Assembly: GCF_000025505.1 (NCBI RefSeq) | Contig: NC_013849.1 | Span: 2,164,267-2,196,266, forward strand | Length of the DNA stretch: 32,000 nucleotides | Direction of reading: 5' to 3' | Source of the DNA: Ferroglobus placidus DSM 10642 | GTDB lineage: Archaea; Halobacteriota; Archaeoglobi; Archaeoglobales; Archaeoglobaceae | Shown: positions 1 to 7,747 of the stretch, one piece after another | How the letters are laid out: each line of letters starts with the position of its first letter | Position numbering within the stretch: position 1 is the first letter of the stretch | Position numbers and translations under genes: made by a program | Notes under the pieces: generated by a model | Seen by the model: the letters and a program-made list of their open reading frames with translations, nothing else | Told to the model about the DNA's origin: nothing | The model's database searches: none

Positions 1-156
1 GGAAAGAGAAGTCTGGTTGAAGCGACGTTCAGCTCATTTAAACAGAGAGTTAAGCTGTTCTTCTGTTCCATTACCGATAAGAATTCAGTTGTGAACTGGA
101 ATTTGTTCTGTAAGTTGTTTATGCCCTATTACAATCATCTGAGGTGGTTAAGTTGA
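1..156 (+). mobile_element. 3' end of a transposase gene (partial; the window starts inside it)
   Basis: Frame 1 is open from base 1 to TGA at 154-156 and reads GKRSLVEATFSSFKQRVKLFFCSITDKNSVVNWNLFCKLFMPYYNHLRWLS. An E followed by K seven residues later (VEATFSSFK) and a distal YN resemble the C-terminal E region of DDE transposases, IS6-like by eye. The family cannot be confirmed without a search. Confidence 0.4.
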
Positions 157-183
157 CAGGGCTTTCAAGTTCAAGCTTCAAAG

Positions 184-378
184 TTACAAGTCCCACATTA
201 CTCCTCTGACTGCTGAACCAAAGATGGATGTTCCTCTGACATTGTATTTTCTCAGTATAGGAACTTTTTGGCAGATTATCTTTAGTCTATGGAGTGTATC
301 CTTTTTGCAATATCCTTCTCCTATTTTTGAACTATTATTCCAGCCAAAAACTATCAAGCTCATTCCTCTCAAGAACAT
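184..378 (-). pseudogene. 5' fragment of a minimal nucleotidyltransferase (MNT/pol-beta superfamily) gene, apparently truncated at the IS junction
   Basis: The ORF ends ...LHRLKIICQKVPILRKYNVRGTSIFGSAVRG-VMWDL*. The xIFGSxxRG motif is the N-terminal signature of MNT-type nucleotidyltransferases. The expected downstream acidic DxD segment is missing, and the sequence diverges right after RG (codons at 202-207), about 45 nt from the transposase stop. Confidence 0.35.
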
Positions 379-626
379 ACTTTCCCCACTCCATTTTAAC
401 CCAAGAAGAATCTCTCAAAAACTTCTGGACTTCGTGAGTACTTCAGCATGTCGTTTAAAGTTACCATAGCTCTCTTTTTTAGCCTTCTCCTCCTTCAAAT
501 TTAAAAGTCGATAAAACTTTTCTCGAATGATCCAATTGCAGCCCAGATGTCTGATTTTGAAAAATCCTCCGTTAGAATCTTAATGAGTTGCGCTTTAGTT
601 GATGGGGCTTTTAACAAAAATTTAGA

Positions 627-699
627 AGCCGCCGCCGGGATTTGAACCCGGGACCTGGTGATTACGAGTCACCCGCTCTACCAGCTGAGCCACGGCGGC
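627..699 (-). tRNA. tRNA-Thr (anticodon CGU)
   Basis: The reverse complement reads GCCGCCGTGGCTCAGCTGGTAGAGCGGGTGACTCGTAATCACCAGGTCCCGGGTTCAAATCCCGGCGGCGGCT. It has a 7-bp acceptor stem (GCCGCCG/CGGCGGC) and an anticodon stem GGTGA/TCACC with loop CTCGTAA, giving anticodon CGT. The T arm is CCGGG-TTCAAAT-CCCGG, the discriminator is U and no CCA is encoded. Confidence 0.93.
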
Positions 700-769
700 A
701 ATCAGAAATAGAATCTGATCGTTTGAATTTAAGGATTGCGGTAAAACGTATAAATCCCGAGCACTCATC

Positions 770-1765
770 TTGATCGTGCACGGAGATCAGGCTGAAAAAT
801 TTTTGAATGATAGAAAAATACTCGACTTCGCTTCGAACATAAACCCGTTTCCTCCCAGAGATCTTCAGGAATTTATAAAAAGTATTTCTTGGAAGGTTTC
901 TTACTATCCAGAAAGCAGCTACTCCGATTTAATCGAAACCATTTCAGAAACTTTTGAATGGAAAAAAGATGAGGTCGTATTCGGGAACGGTTCGATAGAG
1001 TTAATAAGAGCGTTTTTCATGATAAACAAAGGAAAAGTCCTAATCCCTTACCCTACATTCACCGAATACGAGCGATTTGCGAAAGCTTTTGGATTGAAAG
1101 TCGTCAGATGTCAGCTTAGAGAGGTTTACGAGTTTGCGAAAAAAAGTGAATTTGATGCTGTGGTTGTTTGCAATCCGAACAATCCAACTGGAGAATTTGT
1201 CGAATGCGTTGAAGAACTCGACATTCTTGCTGGGAAAAAAGGTTTTAAGCTTCTCGTTGACGAAGCGTTCATCGATTTCTCCAGCGAAAGAGTTCAGCTC
1301 GAAAACGCATTCGTTGTAAGATCTCTAACGAAAATTCTCGGGATTCCTGGCTTGAGGTTTGGGTACGGTAGATTTCCTAAGAAGTTTGCTGAAAGGTTCC
1401 ACGAAATTAGAGATCCTTGGAACGTGAACATTATCGCAAAGGAAGTTGCCAAGAGATACTTGCCAAAGCTGAAAATTTTTTCAAGGAAAGTTAGGAAAAA
1501 GATTTCAATAGAAAGGAGGTACATCAGAAAAAGACTGGGAAAGCTTGATTTCTTAAGCATGGGAGAGGTAAATTTCCTTCTTGTCGAAGGAGAATTCAAA
1601 GCAAGAAACGTTCAGAAATTTTTGTTCGAAAGAGGAATTTTGATAAGAACGTGCGAGGACTTCGTTGGTTTGAATGAAAAGCATTTCAGAATAGCCGTTA
1701 AGGATAGAAAGAGTAATAGAGAGCTGATAAAAAATTTAGAGGTATTTGTCGAGGAAAATTCCTAA
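770..1765 (+). CDS. cobD: L-threonine-O-3-phosphate decarboxylase (CobD), class I/II PLP aminotransferase fold
   Basis: Colinear CobD-type motifs: HG..(10)..ILDFASNINPFPP, NPNNPTG, DEAFIDF, SLTK (PLP lysine) followed by ILGIPGLRFGY, DPWNVN, and ILIRTCEDFVGL..HFRIAVK. Start is TTG at 770, with GTG at 776 as an alternative. A TATA-like GTATAAAT lies at 747-754. Confidence 0.75.
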   Translation: MIVHGDQAEKFLNDRKILDFASNINPFPPRDLQEFIKSISWKVSYYPESSYSDLIETISETFEWKKDEVVFGNGSIELIRAFFMINKGKVLIPYPTFTEYERFAKAFGLKVVRCQLREVYEFAKKSEFDAVVVCNPNNPTGEFVECVEELDILAGKKGFKLLVDEAFIDFSSERVQLENAFVVRSLTKILGIPGLRFGYGRFPKKFAERFHEIRDPWNVNIIAKEVAKRYLPKLKIFSRKVRKKISIERRYIRKRLGKLDFLSMGEVNFLLVEGEFKARNVQKFLFERGILIRTCEDFVGLNEKHFRIAVKDRKSNRELIKNLEVFVEENS

Positions 1766-2584
1766 CTTCCTTCTGACCTCTTCGCTTATCATCTCCGGGG
1801 AAGTAGTTATCGCGAACTTCAAAGCGTCTTTGCACTCGCATTCTCTTTCTTCTGGAATCTTCGGTATCAGCTTTCTGAGAATCGCTTTTATGTTTTCCTC
1901 GTTCTTCGCCATGTTTTCCAAGACGGTCTTAACATCCACTGGCTCCTCCTTCCAGACGTCGTAATCCGTGACGGCTGCAATCGTTACGTAGCAAATTTCA
2001 GCCTCTCTTGCAAGCTTTGCTTCTGGTAAAGCAGTCATACCAATTATGTCGAACCCCATGCTTCTGTAGAATTTCGACTCAGCCTTAGTTGAAAACTGAG
2101 GACCTTCAATGCAAACGTAAGTTCCTTTGTCGTGGTAGCTCAAACCGAGCTCCTTCACGGCTTCTATGGCAACCTCTCTCAACTCCGGACAGAAAGGGTC
2201 CGCCACGCCGACGTGAACCACCACATCTTCGAAAAACGTGTCCTTTCTGTGCTTCGTCCTGTCGAATATCTGATCCGGAATAACTATATCCAGTGGCTTT
2301 ATCTCTTCTTTTAAAGATCCAACTGCCGCTACGCTAATTATCCTCTCAACTCCGAGTTTTTTGAAGGCGTAGATGTTCGCTCTGTAAGGAACGTGCGTTG
2401 GTGAATAGATGTGTCCCTTCCCGTGTCTCGAAATGAAAGCCACTTTTCTTCCCTCGTAATCTCCAATCGTTATCTTCGACGAGGGTTTTCCGAAGGGCGT
2501 GTCGACGTCAACTTCTGTTACGTTCTCGAAAGCGTCGCTATCGTAGATGCCGGTTCCGCCAATAATCCCGATTTCCGCCTTCAT
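1736..2584 (-). CDS. mtnP: S-methyl-5'-thioadenosine phosphorylase
   Basis: 282 aa. The N-terminus reads IGIIGGTG, followed by FISRHG.GH, SVAAVGSL, GPQFSTKAES, GMTALPEAKLAREAEICY, typical of the MTAP/PNP family. It overlaps the convergent cobD end by 30 nt. Confidence 0.9.
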   Translation of the reverse strand: MKAEIGIIGGTGIYDSDAFENVTEVDVDTPFGKPSSKITIGDYEGRKVAFISRHGKGHIYSPTHVPYRANIYAFKKLGVERIISVAAVGSLKEEIKPLDIVIPDQIFDRTKHRKDTFFEDVVVHVGVADPFCPELREVAIEAVKELGLSYHDKGTYVCIEGPQFSTKAESKFYRSMGFDIIGMTALPEAKLAREAEICYVTIAAVTDYDVWKEEPVDVKTVLENMAKNEENIKAILRKLIPKIPEERECECKDALKFAITTSPEMISEEVRRKLGIFLDKYL

Positions 2585-3285
2585 TCTTTAATCCTCCAGT
2601 AGGGTTTGTTATCCTTTAAAATCTTCTCCACTATTCCTCTGTTTTCCATCTCCCTCATAACGTCGAAGAACCTTCCCGGTTGAGCGATCTCCAAGTAAAT
2701 AGGGTCTATCTGGTGAAGCTCATACAGTCTCCACTTTATGTCCCACTCCCCCCAAAGCTTCTCCTTGTCTCTTCTCATCAACCTCGTTATCAACTCTATC
2801 ATGTCCTCCATGAAATTCCACGGGAAAATTATCCAAGCCCACTCCTCGAGGTATTCCCCGAAGTAGTCCGGAGTGAACTTAGACGTGTAAAGAAGCTGTA
2901 ATGTGGCAGTTTTAACCTCTGTTGCTCCCAATTCTTCAACGTGCTGCTTTGCCGTCATCAAACTTTTGCCAGTATCGGCTATATCATCCACGATCAGCAC
3001 CTTCTTACCCTTTACGCTCTCTTCGTGAAGAGGGTATCTTATCCTCACCTCTCCGCTCATCTTAGCCGTGCCTACGTAGTGTTCTACCTTCAAGCTCGTT
3101 AAATCGTCCAAACCGAGAAGATCGCAAAGAACTCTCCCAGCGAACCATCCCCCTCTTGCTAAAGCGACGATAACATCTGGCTCGTAGCCGTCATCTCTGA
3201 CCTGCTCAGCCACCCTCCTACAAAGCCTGTCCATGTACTCCCAGTTTGTCACAACGCACTTGAACTTCTCAGGAAACTCCTCCAT
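2581..3285 (-). CDS. Purine-type phosphoribosyltransferase with a C-terminal extension
   Basis: PRPP-binding loop VLIVDDIADTGKSL, preceded by IVALARGGWFAGRVL. A roughly 80-aa C-terminal extension follows the PRT core. There is a 4-nt overlap with mtnP. Confidence 0.75.
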   Translation of the reverse strand: MEEFPEKFKCVVTNWEYMDRLCRRVAEQVRDDGYEPDVIVALARGGWFAGRVLCDLLGLDDLTSLKVEHYVGTAKMSGEVRIRYPLHEESVKGKKVLIVDDIADTGKSLMTAKQHVEELGATEVKTATLQLLYTSKFTPDYFGEYLEEWAWIIFPWNFMEDMIELITRLMRRDKEKLWGEWDIKWRLYELHQIDPIYLEIAQPGRFFDVMREMENRGIVEKILKDNKPYWRIKE

Positions 3286-3466
3286 AGTTAATCACCAAAG
3301 TTAATCCTTTCCTTCACATTTTTAAAATTTCGTATGTGAAGCTCTCTGGGTAAAGCCTATGAAGAAGTTTGTGTTGTATAAATTCGCGGAAACGATAAAT
3401 TTTAAATTCGAACTACTTGTTTTGCGATGGGTGACGAAGTGAATCCGATCATATTGGTAGGTTTAG

Positions 3467-3784
3467 GTGGATTTTTCGGGGCTTCAAAATGGAATATCGT
3501 ACTTTCCAGTTGGAACACTTGCCGTTAATGTTCTTGGAAGTTTTTTCCTCAGCCTAACCATGTATTTGTCGGAATACCATGGGTTATTCGGAGAAGAAAC
3601 GAGAATATTCCTTACAATCGGATTCCTCGGTTCATTCACGACGATGTCCACATTCTCTTATGAGACGTTCAAGCTGCTCGAAAATAAAGAAATAAATTTA
3701 TTTATCATTAACATAACAGCGACTTTAGCACTTACGTTGCTTGGAGTTTATTTAGGAAAAATGGTGGCTTTGTGGAGGAGATGA
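3467..3784 (+). CDS. crcB: Fluoride ion channel CrcB/FEX (main frame; the N-terminal helix appears to lie in another frame, see findings)
   Basis: FPVGTLAVNVLGSFFLS and GFLGSFTTMSTFSYET are the two conserved CrcB motifs. The protein is small and polytopic. The next gene is DUF190, its usual partner. Confidence 0.8.
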   Translation: MDFSGLQNGISYFPVGTLAVNVLGSFFLSLTMYLSEYHGLFGEETRIFLTIGFLGSFTTMSTFSYETFKLLENKEINLFIINITATLALTLLGVYLGKMVALWRR

Positions 3785-4122
3785 ACATGAGAGAAGGTGT
3801 TCTGCTCAGAATTTTTATCGGTGAGTCGGACAAACACAAAGGTAAACCTCTCTACATGTATATACTCGAAATGTTAAGAAAAGAGGGGATTGCTGGGGCA
3901 ACTGTTTTGAGAGGTATAGCAGGATATGGAAAAACGAGCGTAATCCACACCACTTCAATTCTTCGCTTGTCTTCAGATCTGCCAATAGTAATTGAGATCG
4001 TCGATAGCCAAGATAAGATAGAGAAGGTTAAACCAAAACTTCTCGAAATCGTAAAAGAGAGTTTGATCACCGAAGAAAAAGTGAAAATTATTTTTTACGA
4101 GGGTGACGAGAATAAAAGCTGA
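3781..4122 (+). CDS. DUF190 (PII-like) protein, crcB-associated
   Basis: LLRIFIGESDKHKGKPLY...LRKEGIAGATVLRGIAGYG matches the DUF190/UPF0166 pattern. ATG at 3781 overlaps the crcB stop (ATGA); ATG at 3787 is an alternative. A GGAGGAG ribosome-binding site lies upstream. Confidence 0.8.
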   Translation: MNMREGVLLRIFIGESDKHKGKPLYMYILEMLRKEGIAGATVLRGIAGYGKTSVIHTTSILRLSSDLPIVIEIVDSQDKIEKVKPKLLEIVKESLITEEKVKIIFYEGDENKS

Positions 4123-4147
4123 TTTAAATAAATAAAAAATTCAGATT

Positions 4148-4522
4148 TTAAATTGCATCAACAATTCTCTTCAATCTCTCCTCGACATCCTTGGCGTTTT
4201 CTTCAATCTCTTCAGTTGCAAAAGCTGTCGGCTTAACTGCTTCAACAACAACTTCGCCGTCAATCTCGTAGACCACGACATTACAAGGCATAAGGACTCC
4301 GAAGGATCTGTTCGCTTTCAAAACCTCGAAGGCATTTTTAGGGCTGCACGCTCCGAGAATAACGTACTTGTCAAAATCGACACCTATTTTTTCCTTCAAA
4401 GTCTTTTTGACGTCGATTTCACAGAGAATTCCAAAGACTTCTGACTTTAAAAGCTCTTTAACTTTCTCAACGACTTCTTCAAATTTTCCACTCACTTTTT
4501 TACCTACCGTAAACATAAACAC
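4148..4522 (-). CDS. DUF302 domain protein
   Basis: 124 aa. F.EVVEKVKELLK..GF.I..EIDVKKTLKEK.G.DF..Y.ILGACSP..A...L........LMPCNVVVYE is the DUF302 pattern. Confidence 0.7.
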   Translation of the reverse strand: MFMFTVGKKVSGKFEEVVEKVKELLKSEVFGILCEIDVKKTLKEKIGVDFDKYVILGACSPKNAFEVLKANRSFGVLMPCNVVVYEIDGEVVVEAVKPTAFATEEIEENAKDVEERLKRIVDAI

Positions 4523-4622
4523 CGTTAAACTATCGAAACTTTATAAGTGTGCCGCAGTATATACATTAGAAAGCCAAATCGTCAGGAGAAAATAAATAAA
4601 CCTCCCCTCTTTTTTATATTTC

Positions 4623-5402
4623 GTGAGGCTTAAAGTCAAAGATTACATGACGAAAGACGTGGTGGTTGTGAAGCCGGATCAGACGATAAAAGAGGTAATT
4701 GATCTCATCGAAAAGACTGGTCATGATGGTTTTCCTGTTATTGACGATAACGGAATTGTTATCGGATACATCTCTTCTCGTGATCTTTTGAGGAAAAATC
4801 TGGATACGAAAGTGAAAGATGTTATGTCTAAAAAGTTGATAGTAGCCAGAGAGCACATGGACTTGAGAGATGCGGCAAGGGTGATGTTCAGGACTGGAAG
4901 ATCTAAATTGCCAGTCATAGACGAAAAAGGAAAGCTCATAGGAATTATATCGAACACGGATGTGATAAGGAGTCAGATAGAGAGAGCAGACCCTAAAAAA
5001 GTTGAAAATTTGAGGAAAACGATAGAAAGCGTTCACAACGTTAAGACTGAGCTTAAAAGAGGTAAGATCGAAGTTGACAGAATAATTCCGACCCAAACGA
5101 AAGTTTACGCTGACGAACTTAGAGGAAGGGTTTACGAGCTGAAAAAGGGTTTGGCTGAACCTGTTATCGTTATAAAGAAGGGAGGGAAGTATTACCTTGT
5201 GGATGGGCACCACAGGGTTGTGGCAGCTAAAAAGATAGGGATAGACAAGCTCGACGCATACATTATAGAGGTTCCGGAAAACGTCGAGCTCGGTCTCGAA
5301 AAGCTTGTGAGAAAGAAAGGAATAAAATCAGTCAGGGATATTCAAGTTTTAGAGGACGCGACGCACCCCCTCGTGGAAATAACCTTTAAAAATTCGAAGT
5401 GA
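4623..5402 (+). CDS. CBS-pair domain fused to a ParB/sulfiredoxin-like domain
   Basis: There are two CBS repeats (KVKDYMTKDVVVVKPD..., VKDVMSKKLIVAREHMDLRDAARVM...KLPVIDEKGKLIGIISNTDVI). The C-terminal part has KYYLVDGHHRVVAAKKIG, the ParB/Srx-fold signature. GTG start at 4623, with ATG at 4647 as an alternative. Confidence 0.8.
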   Translation: MRLKVKDYMTKDVVVVKPDQTIKEVIDLIEKTGHDGFPVIDDNGIVIGYISSRDLLRKNLDTKVKDVMSKKLIVAREHMDLRDAARVMFRTGRSKLPVIDEKGKLIGIISNTDVIRSQIERADPKKVENLRKTIESVHNVKTELKRGKIEVDRIIPTQTKVYADELRGRVYELKKGLAEPVIVIKKGGKYYLVDGHHRVVAAKKIGIDKLDAYIIEVPENVELGLEKLVRKKGIKSVRDIQVLEDATHPLVEITFKNSK

Positions 5403-5406
5403 TATC

Positions 5407-5685
5407 ATGCTGGAAGAGCTTCAGGAGATTGTTGAGGAGAGAAAAAGGAATCCGACCCCGGATTCCTATACAGCCAAGTTACTCTATCACGAGAAGGGAG
5501 AGGACAAAGTACTCGAAAAGTTCGGGGAGGAGGCAGTGGAGTTAATCCTCGCTTGCAAAAACAAAGATAAAGAAAGCATAGTTTACGAAGCAGCCGATTT
5601 GCTTTATCACTTCGTCGTTCTCCTTTCTAAATTCGACGTCAAAGTGGAGGAGGTTTACGATGAACTTCGAAGAAGAAAGAAGTAA
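5407..5685 (+). CDS. hisE: Phosphoribosyl-ATP pyrophosphatase
   Basis: 92 aa. SYTAKLL..G.DKVLEKFGEEAVELILA.K......IVYEAADLLYHFVVLL is the HisE/MazG-like signature. Confidence 0.88.
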   Translation: MLEELQEIVEERKRNPTPDSYTAKLLYHEKGEDKVLEKFGEEAVELILACKNKDKESIVYEAADLLYHFVVLLSKFDVKVEEVYDELRRRKK

Positions 5686-5953
5686 CTACTGGATAATCTG
5701 GACGGTCAATTTAGATAAGAAGAAGAGCAGAAGCGAAGGGAGAAAGATTCCGAAGAGGTACGCTGTGCCGAACGTTAAGTTCAAAGAGCTTATCGAAGCT
5801 TGCAAAGCCCTCGGTTTGGAGTTTTACGCTGAGGAAAAAAAGTATCCGAAGTCTTGGTGGGAGGAGGGGGGAAGGGTTAGAGTGAAAAAGACCGGAAAGA
5901 AGCTCGACCTCATGATAGAGATAGCTAAAAAAATAGCAGAAATGCGAAGATGA
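5660..5953 (+). CDS. srp19: Signal recognition particle protein SRP19
   Basis: 97 aa. IIWTVNLDKKKSRSEGRKIPKRYAVPNVKFKELIEACKALGL is the SRP19 core. It overlaps the hisE end by 26 nt. Confidence 0.88.
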   Translation: MNFEEERSNYWIIWTVNLDKKKSRSEGRKIPKRYAVPNVKFKELIEACKALGLEFYAEEKKYPKSWWEEGGRVRVKKTGKKLDLMIEIAKKIAEMRR

Positions 5954-6927
5954 AGCTGATCTTCCTCCTCTCCGGAGATCTGGAGTACGTGGCGAGAAAA
6001 GAAGTCGAGGTTTTTTCGAAAGAAATACTCGGTGGGAAAGTTATTCTTGAGGACAGGCAGATATCAGTCGCGGAAGTTTCAGAAATTAAGCTTCTCGAAA
6101 GATTGAGCTTGGTTCACGAGGTTAGCGAGTTTCTCTTCTCCGGAAGTCTGGAGGAGCTAAAAAGCTTCGTAAATGAAGTGGAGCTGCCAGAGGGAAAGAT
6201 GTGCGTAAGAGTGAGAAACATCGGAGGTCGTTTCGTTCCTTCAAACGAGTTCGAAAAAGAGCTTGGAGCGATTTTCTACAGGAGAGGGGCGAAAATAAGC
6301 GTTTCCAATCCGGATAAAATATTCAGGGTTTACGTCACCGAAAATAACGTTTACGCCGGCTGGTTAATTCACGTTACAAACACGAAGCAGTTCCTCGAAA
6401 GACGACCAGATTTAAAGCCGTTTTTCAGACCCGGAGCTGTAGTGCCGAGATTTGCGAGAAGCTTGGTGAACATAACCGGAGTTGAAAACGGAGTCGTCCT
6501 TGATCCAATGTGCGGAACTGGGACTATGATAATAGAGGCTGGATTGATGAACCTCGATTTTATCGGAGTTGAGGCTTTTGAAAAAATCGCTAAAGGATGT
6601 GCAATCAATCTGAGATACTACAATCTTCCTGTGAACGTTATAGTGGGAGATGCCAAAAATCTTCCTTTGGCTGACGAAAGCGTTGACGGAATAGTGACCG
6701 ACTACCCTTACCTTCAATCGTCGATGAGCTTCGGAGATTTAAGAGAGTTATACGAAAAAAGCTTTCCGGAGTTTCACAGAGTGCTTAGAGGAGAGAGGAT
6801 AGTTTTCCTAACGAACATGGACGTTGAAGAATTCTTCGAGGACTACTTCATTCTCGAATCCAAGTTCTACCAAAAAGTTCACAAAAGTCTGACGAGAAGG
6901 ATTTACGTTTGTAGAAAGAAAAAGTGA
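5950..6927 (+). CDS. THUMP-domain tRNA (guanine-N2) methyltransferase (Trm-G10/Trm11 type)
   Basis: The N-terminal part is ferredoxin-like/THUMP. The SAM motif I is VLDPMCGTGTMIIEA and the catalytic motif IV variant is IVTDYPY. There is a 4-nt overlap with srp19. Confidence 0.8.
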   Translation: MKLIFLLSGDLEYVARKEVEVFSKEILGGKVILEDRQISVAEVSEIKLLERLSLVHEVSEFLFSGSLEELKSFVNEVELPEGKMCVRVRNIGGRFVPSNEFEKELGAIFYRRGAKISVSNPDKIFRVYVTENNVYAGWLIHVTNTKQFLERRPDLKPFFRPGAVVPRFARSLVNITGVENGVVLDPMCGTGTMIIEAGLMNLDFIGVEAFEKIAKGCAINLRYYNLPVNVIVGDAKNLPLADESVDGIVTDYPYLQSSMSFGDLRELYEKSFPEFHRVLRGERIVFLTNMDVEEFFEDYFILESKFYQKVHKSLTRRIYVCRKKK

Positions 6928-7135
6928 GCACTCTCGCACTGAACAGTATGGTTTGGTAACGTTTCTGATGGGATTTTGTTAATTTTTTAGATTTTAGACC
7001 ATTGCCGCAGCGTGTTCAACTATCAGTTCGGAGAGCTCGTTGATAGTGGAGTAATTCTTAAATCCCCTTTTCATGAGAACTCTTTTGCCTCCCAGTCCAG
7101 TAATGTATATTAACTCACAAGGATAAGAAAAGTTT

Positions 7136-7408
7136 ATGGAATTATCCGTAACCAAGAAAGAGGTTATAGAATACAAAAAGTTGGAGATCATTTCCCATAT
7201 AGCTTCGATTAAATCAAAGATCGAACTTTTCGAGTCAAAATACGGATGCAAGTTTGAAGATTTCGAGAAAAAACTAAAAGAAAGGCAAGATGAAGATTTT
7301 GAGGAATGGGACGATTACATCGAATGGAAGGCGTACGTTAAAACACTCGAAGAGCTAAGAGAAAAGCTCAAGGAGATCGAAAATGCTAAAGACGTTAGAA
7401 TTGCTTGA
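7136..7408 (+). CDS. Small acidic coiled-coil protein, putative antitoxin/partner of the downstream gene
   Basis: 90 aa and very E/K/D-rich (FEDFEKKLKERQDEDFEEWDDYIEWKAYVKTLEELREKLKEIE). It overlaps the next gene by 26 nt, a typical two-gene addiction-module layout. There is no recognisable enzymatic motif. Confidence 0.5.
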   Translation: MELSVTKKEVIEYKKLEIISHIASIKSKIELFESKYGCKFEDFEKKLKERQDEDFEEWDDYIEWKAYVKTLEELREKLKEIENAKDVRIA

Positions 7409-7727
7409 CAAAAGTCCGATCGTTAAGTCTTACGAAATACTCGACTTTAAAAAGGGAAGGGATTTCTACTACCTTAAGATCAAAGCTATTTTAATCAACG
7501 ATACAGTTTTGCACATCAGAGAATACGTCTCACCAGATGACTCATCTTACTCATACAATTGGGTTGATGGGGACGGGAATCTCATTTGCAGATGGGACAA
7601 CGCACCACATTATAAACACATTAAAACGTTTCCGCACCATAAACACACTAAAAATGGGGTTAAAGAGTCATTCGAAACAACTCTACAAGATGTTTTAACT
7701 GTTATTGAAAAGGAAGTTACAACATAA
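7383..7727 (+). CDS. DUF6516/TumE-like putative toxin
   Basis: 114 aa with ...YYLKIKAIL.NDTVLHIREYV...YSYNW.D..GNLICRWDNAPHYKHIKTFPHHKH. I recall the WDNAPHH...FPHHKH His-rich signature as the DUF6516 family, named TumE-family toxin in NCBI. This is from memory only. Confidence 0.5.
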   Translation: MLKTLELLDKSPIVKSYEILDFKKGRDFYYLKIKAILINDTVLHIREYVSPDDSSYSYNWVDGDGNLICRWDNAPHYKHIKTFPHHKHTKNGVKESFETTLQDVLTVIEKEVTT

Positions 7728-7747
7728 CTTTACGCTCAAACAAGTCA

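Noticed and set aside
224-469. 81-aa plus-strand ORF
   Set aside because: It is antisense to the nucleotidyltransferase fragment, hydrophobic and low-complexity, and lacks both a ribosome-binding site and a motif.
520-620. Possible C/D-like boxes (AATGATCC ... CTGA ... AATGAG) near the tRNA
   Set aside because: The C box has two mismatches, the guide spacing is wrong at 17 nt, and there is no convincing D box or terminal stem.
3286-3426. Fluoride riboswitch (crcB motif) upstream of crcB
   Set aside because: I could not find the conserved pseudoknot/GAUGG...CCGCC...CUGAUGAUGCCU-type elements. The region contains only AT-rich promoter-like sequence and a short dyad (CTTCACAT-14 nt-ATGTGAAG).
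4614-5213. 199-aa ORF on the minus strand
   Set aside because: It is entirely antisense to the well-supported CBS/ParB gene. Its composition is low-complexity and rich in F, N, S and R, with no motif. It is a shadow ORF. The same reasoning applies to the other long antisense ORFs in the track, for example 11186-11593, 13885-14268, 17863-18300, 18539-18991, 19161-19613, 20489-20935 and 21393-21866.
6994-7251. 85-aa minus-strand ORF between the tRNA methyltransferase gene and the TA-like pair
   Set aside because: Its 5' half is antisense to the better-supported acidic protein gene. Only the last roughly 45 codons are unique, and they show no motif. It may be a relic of a lost gene, but that is not supportable.
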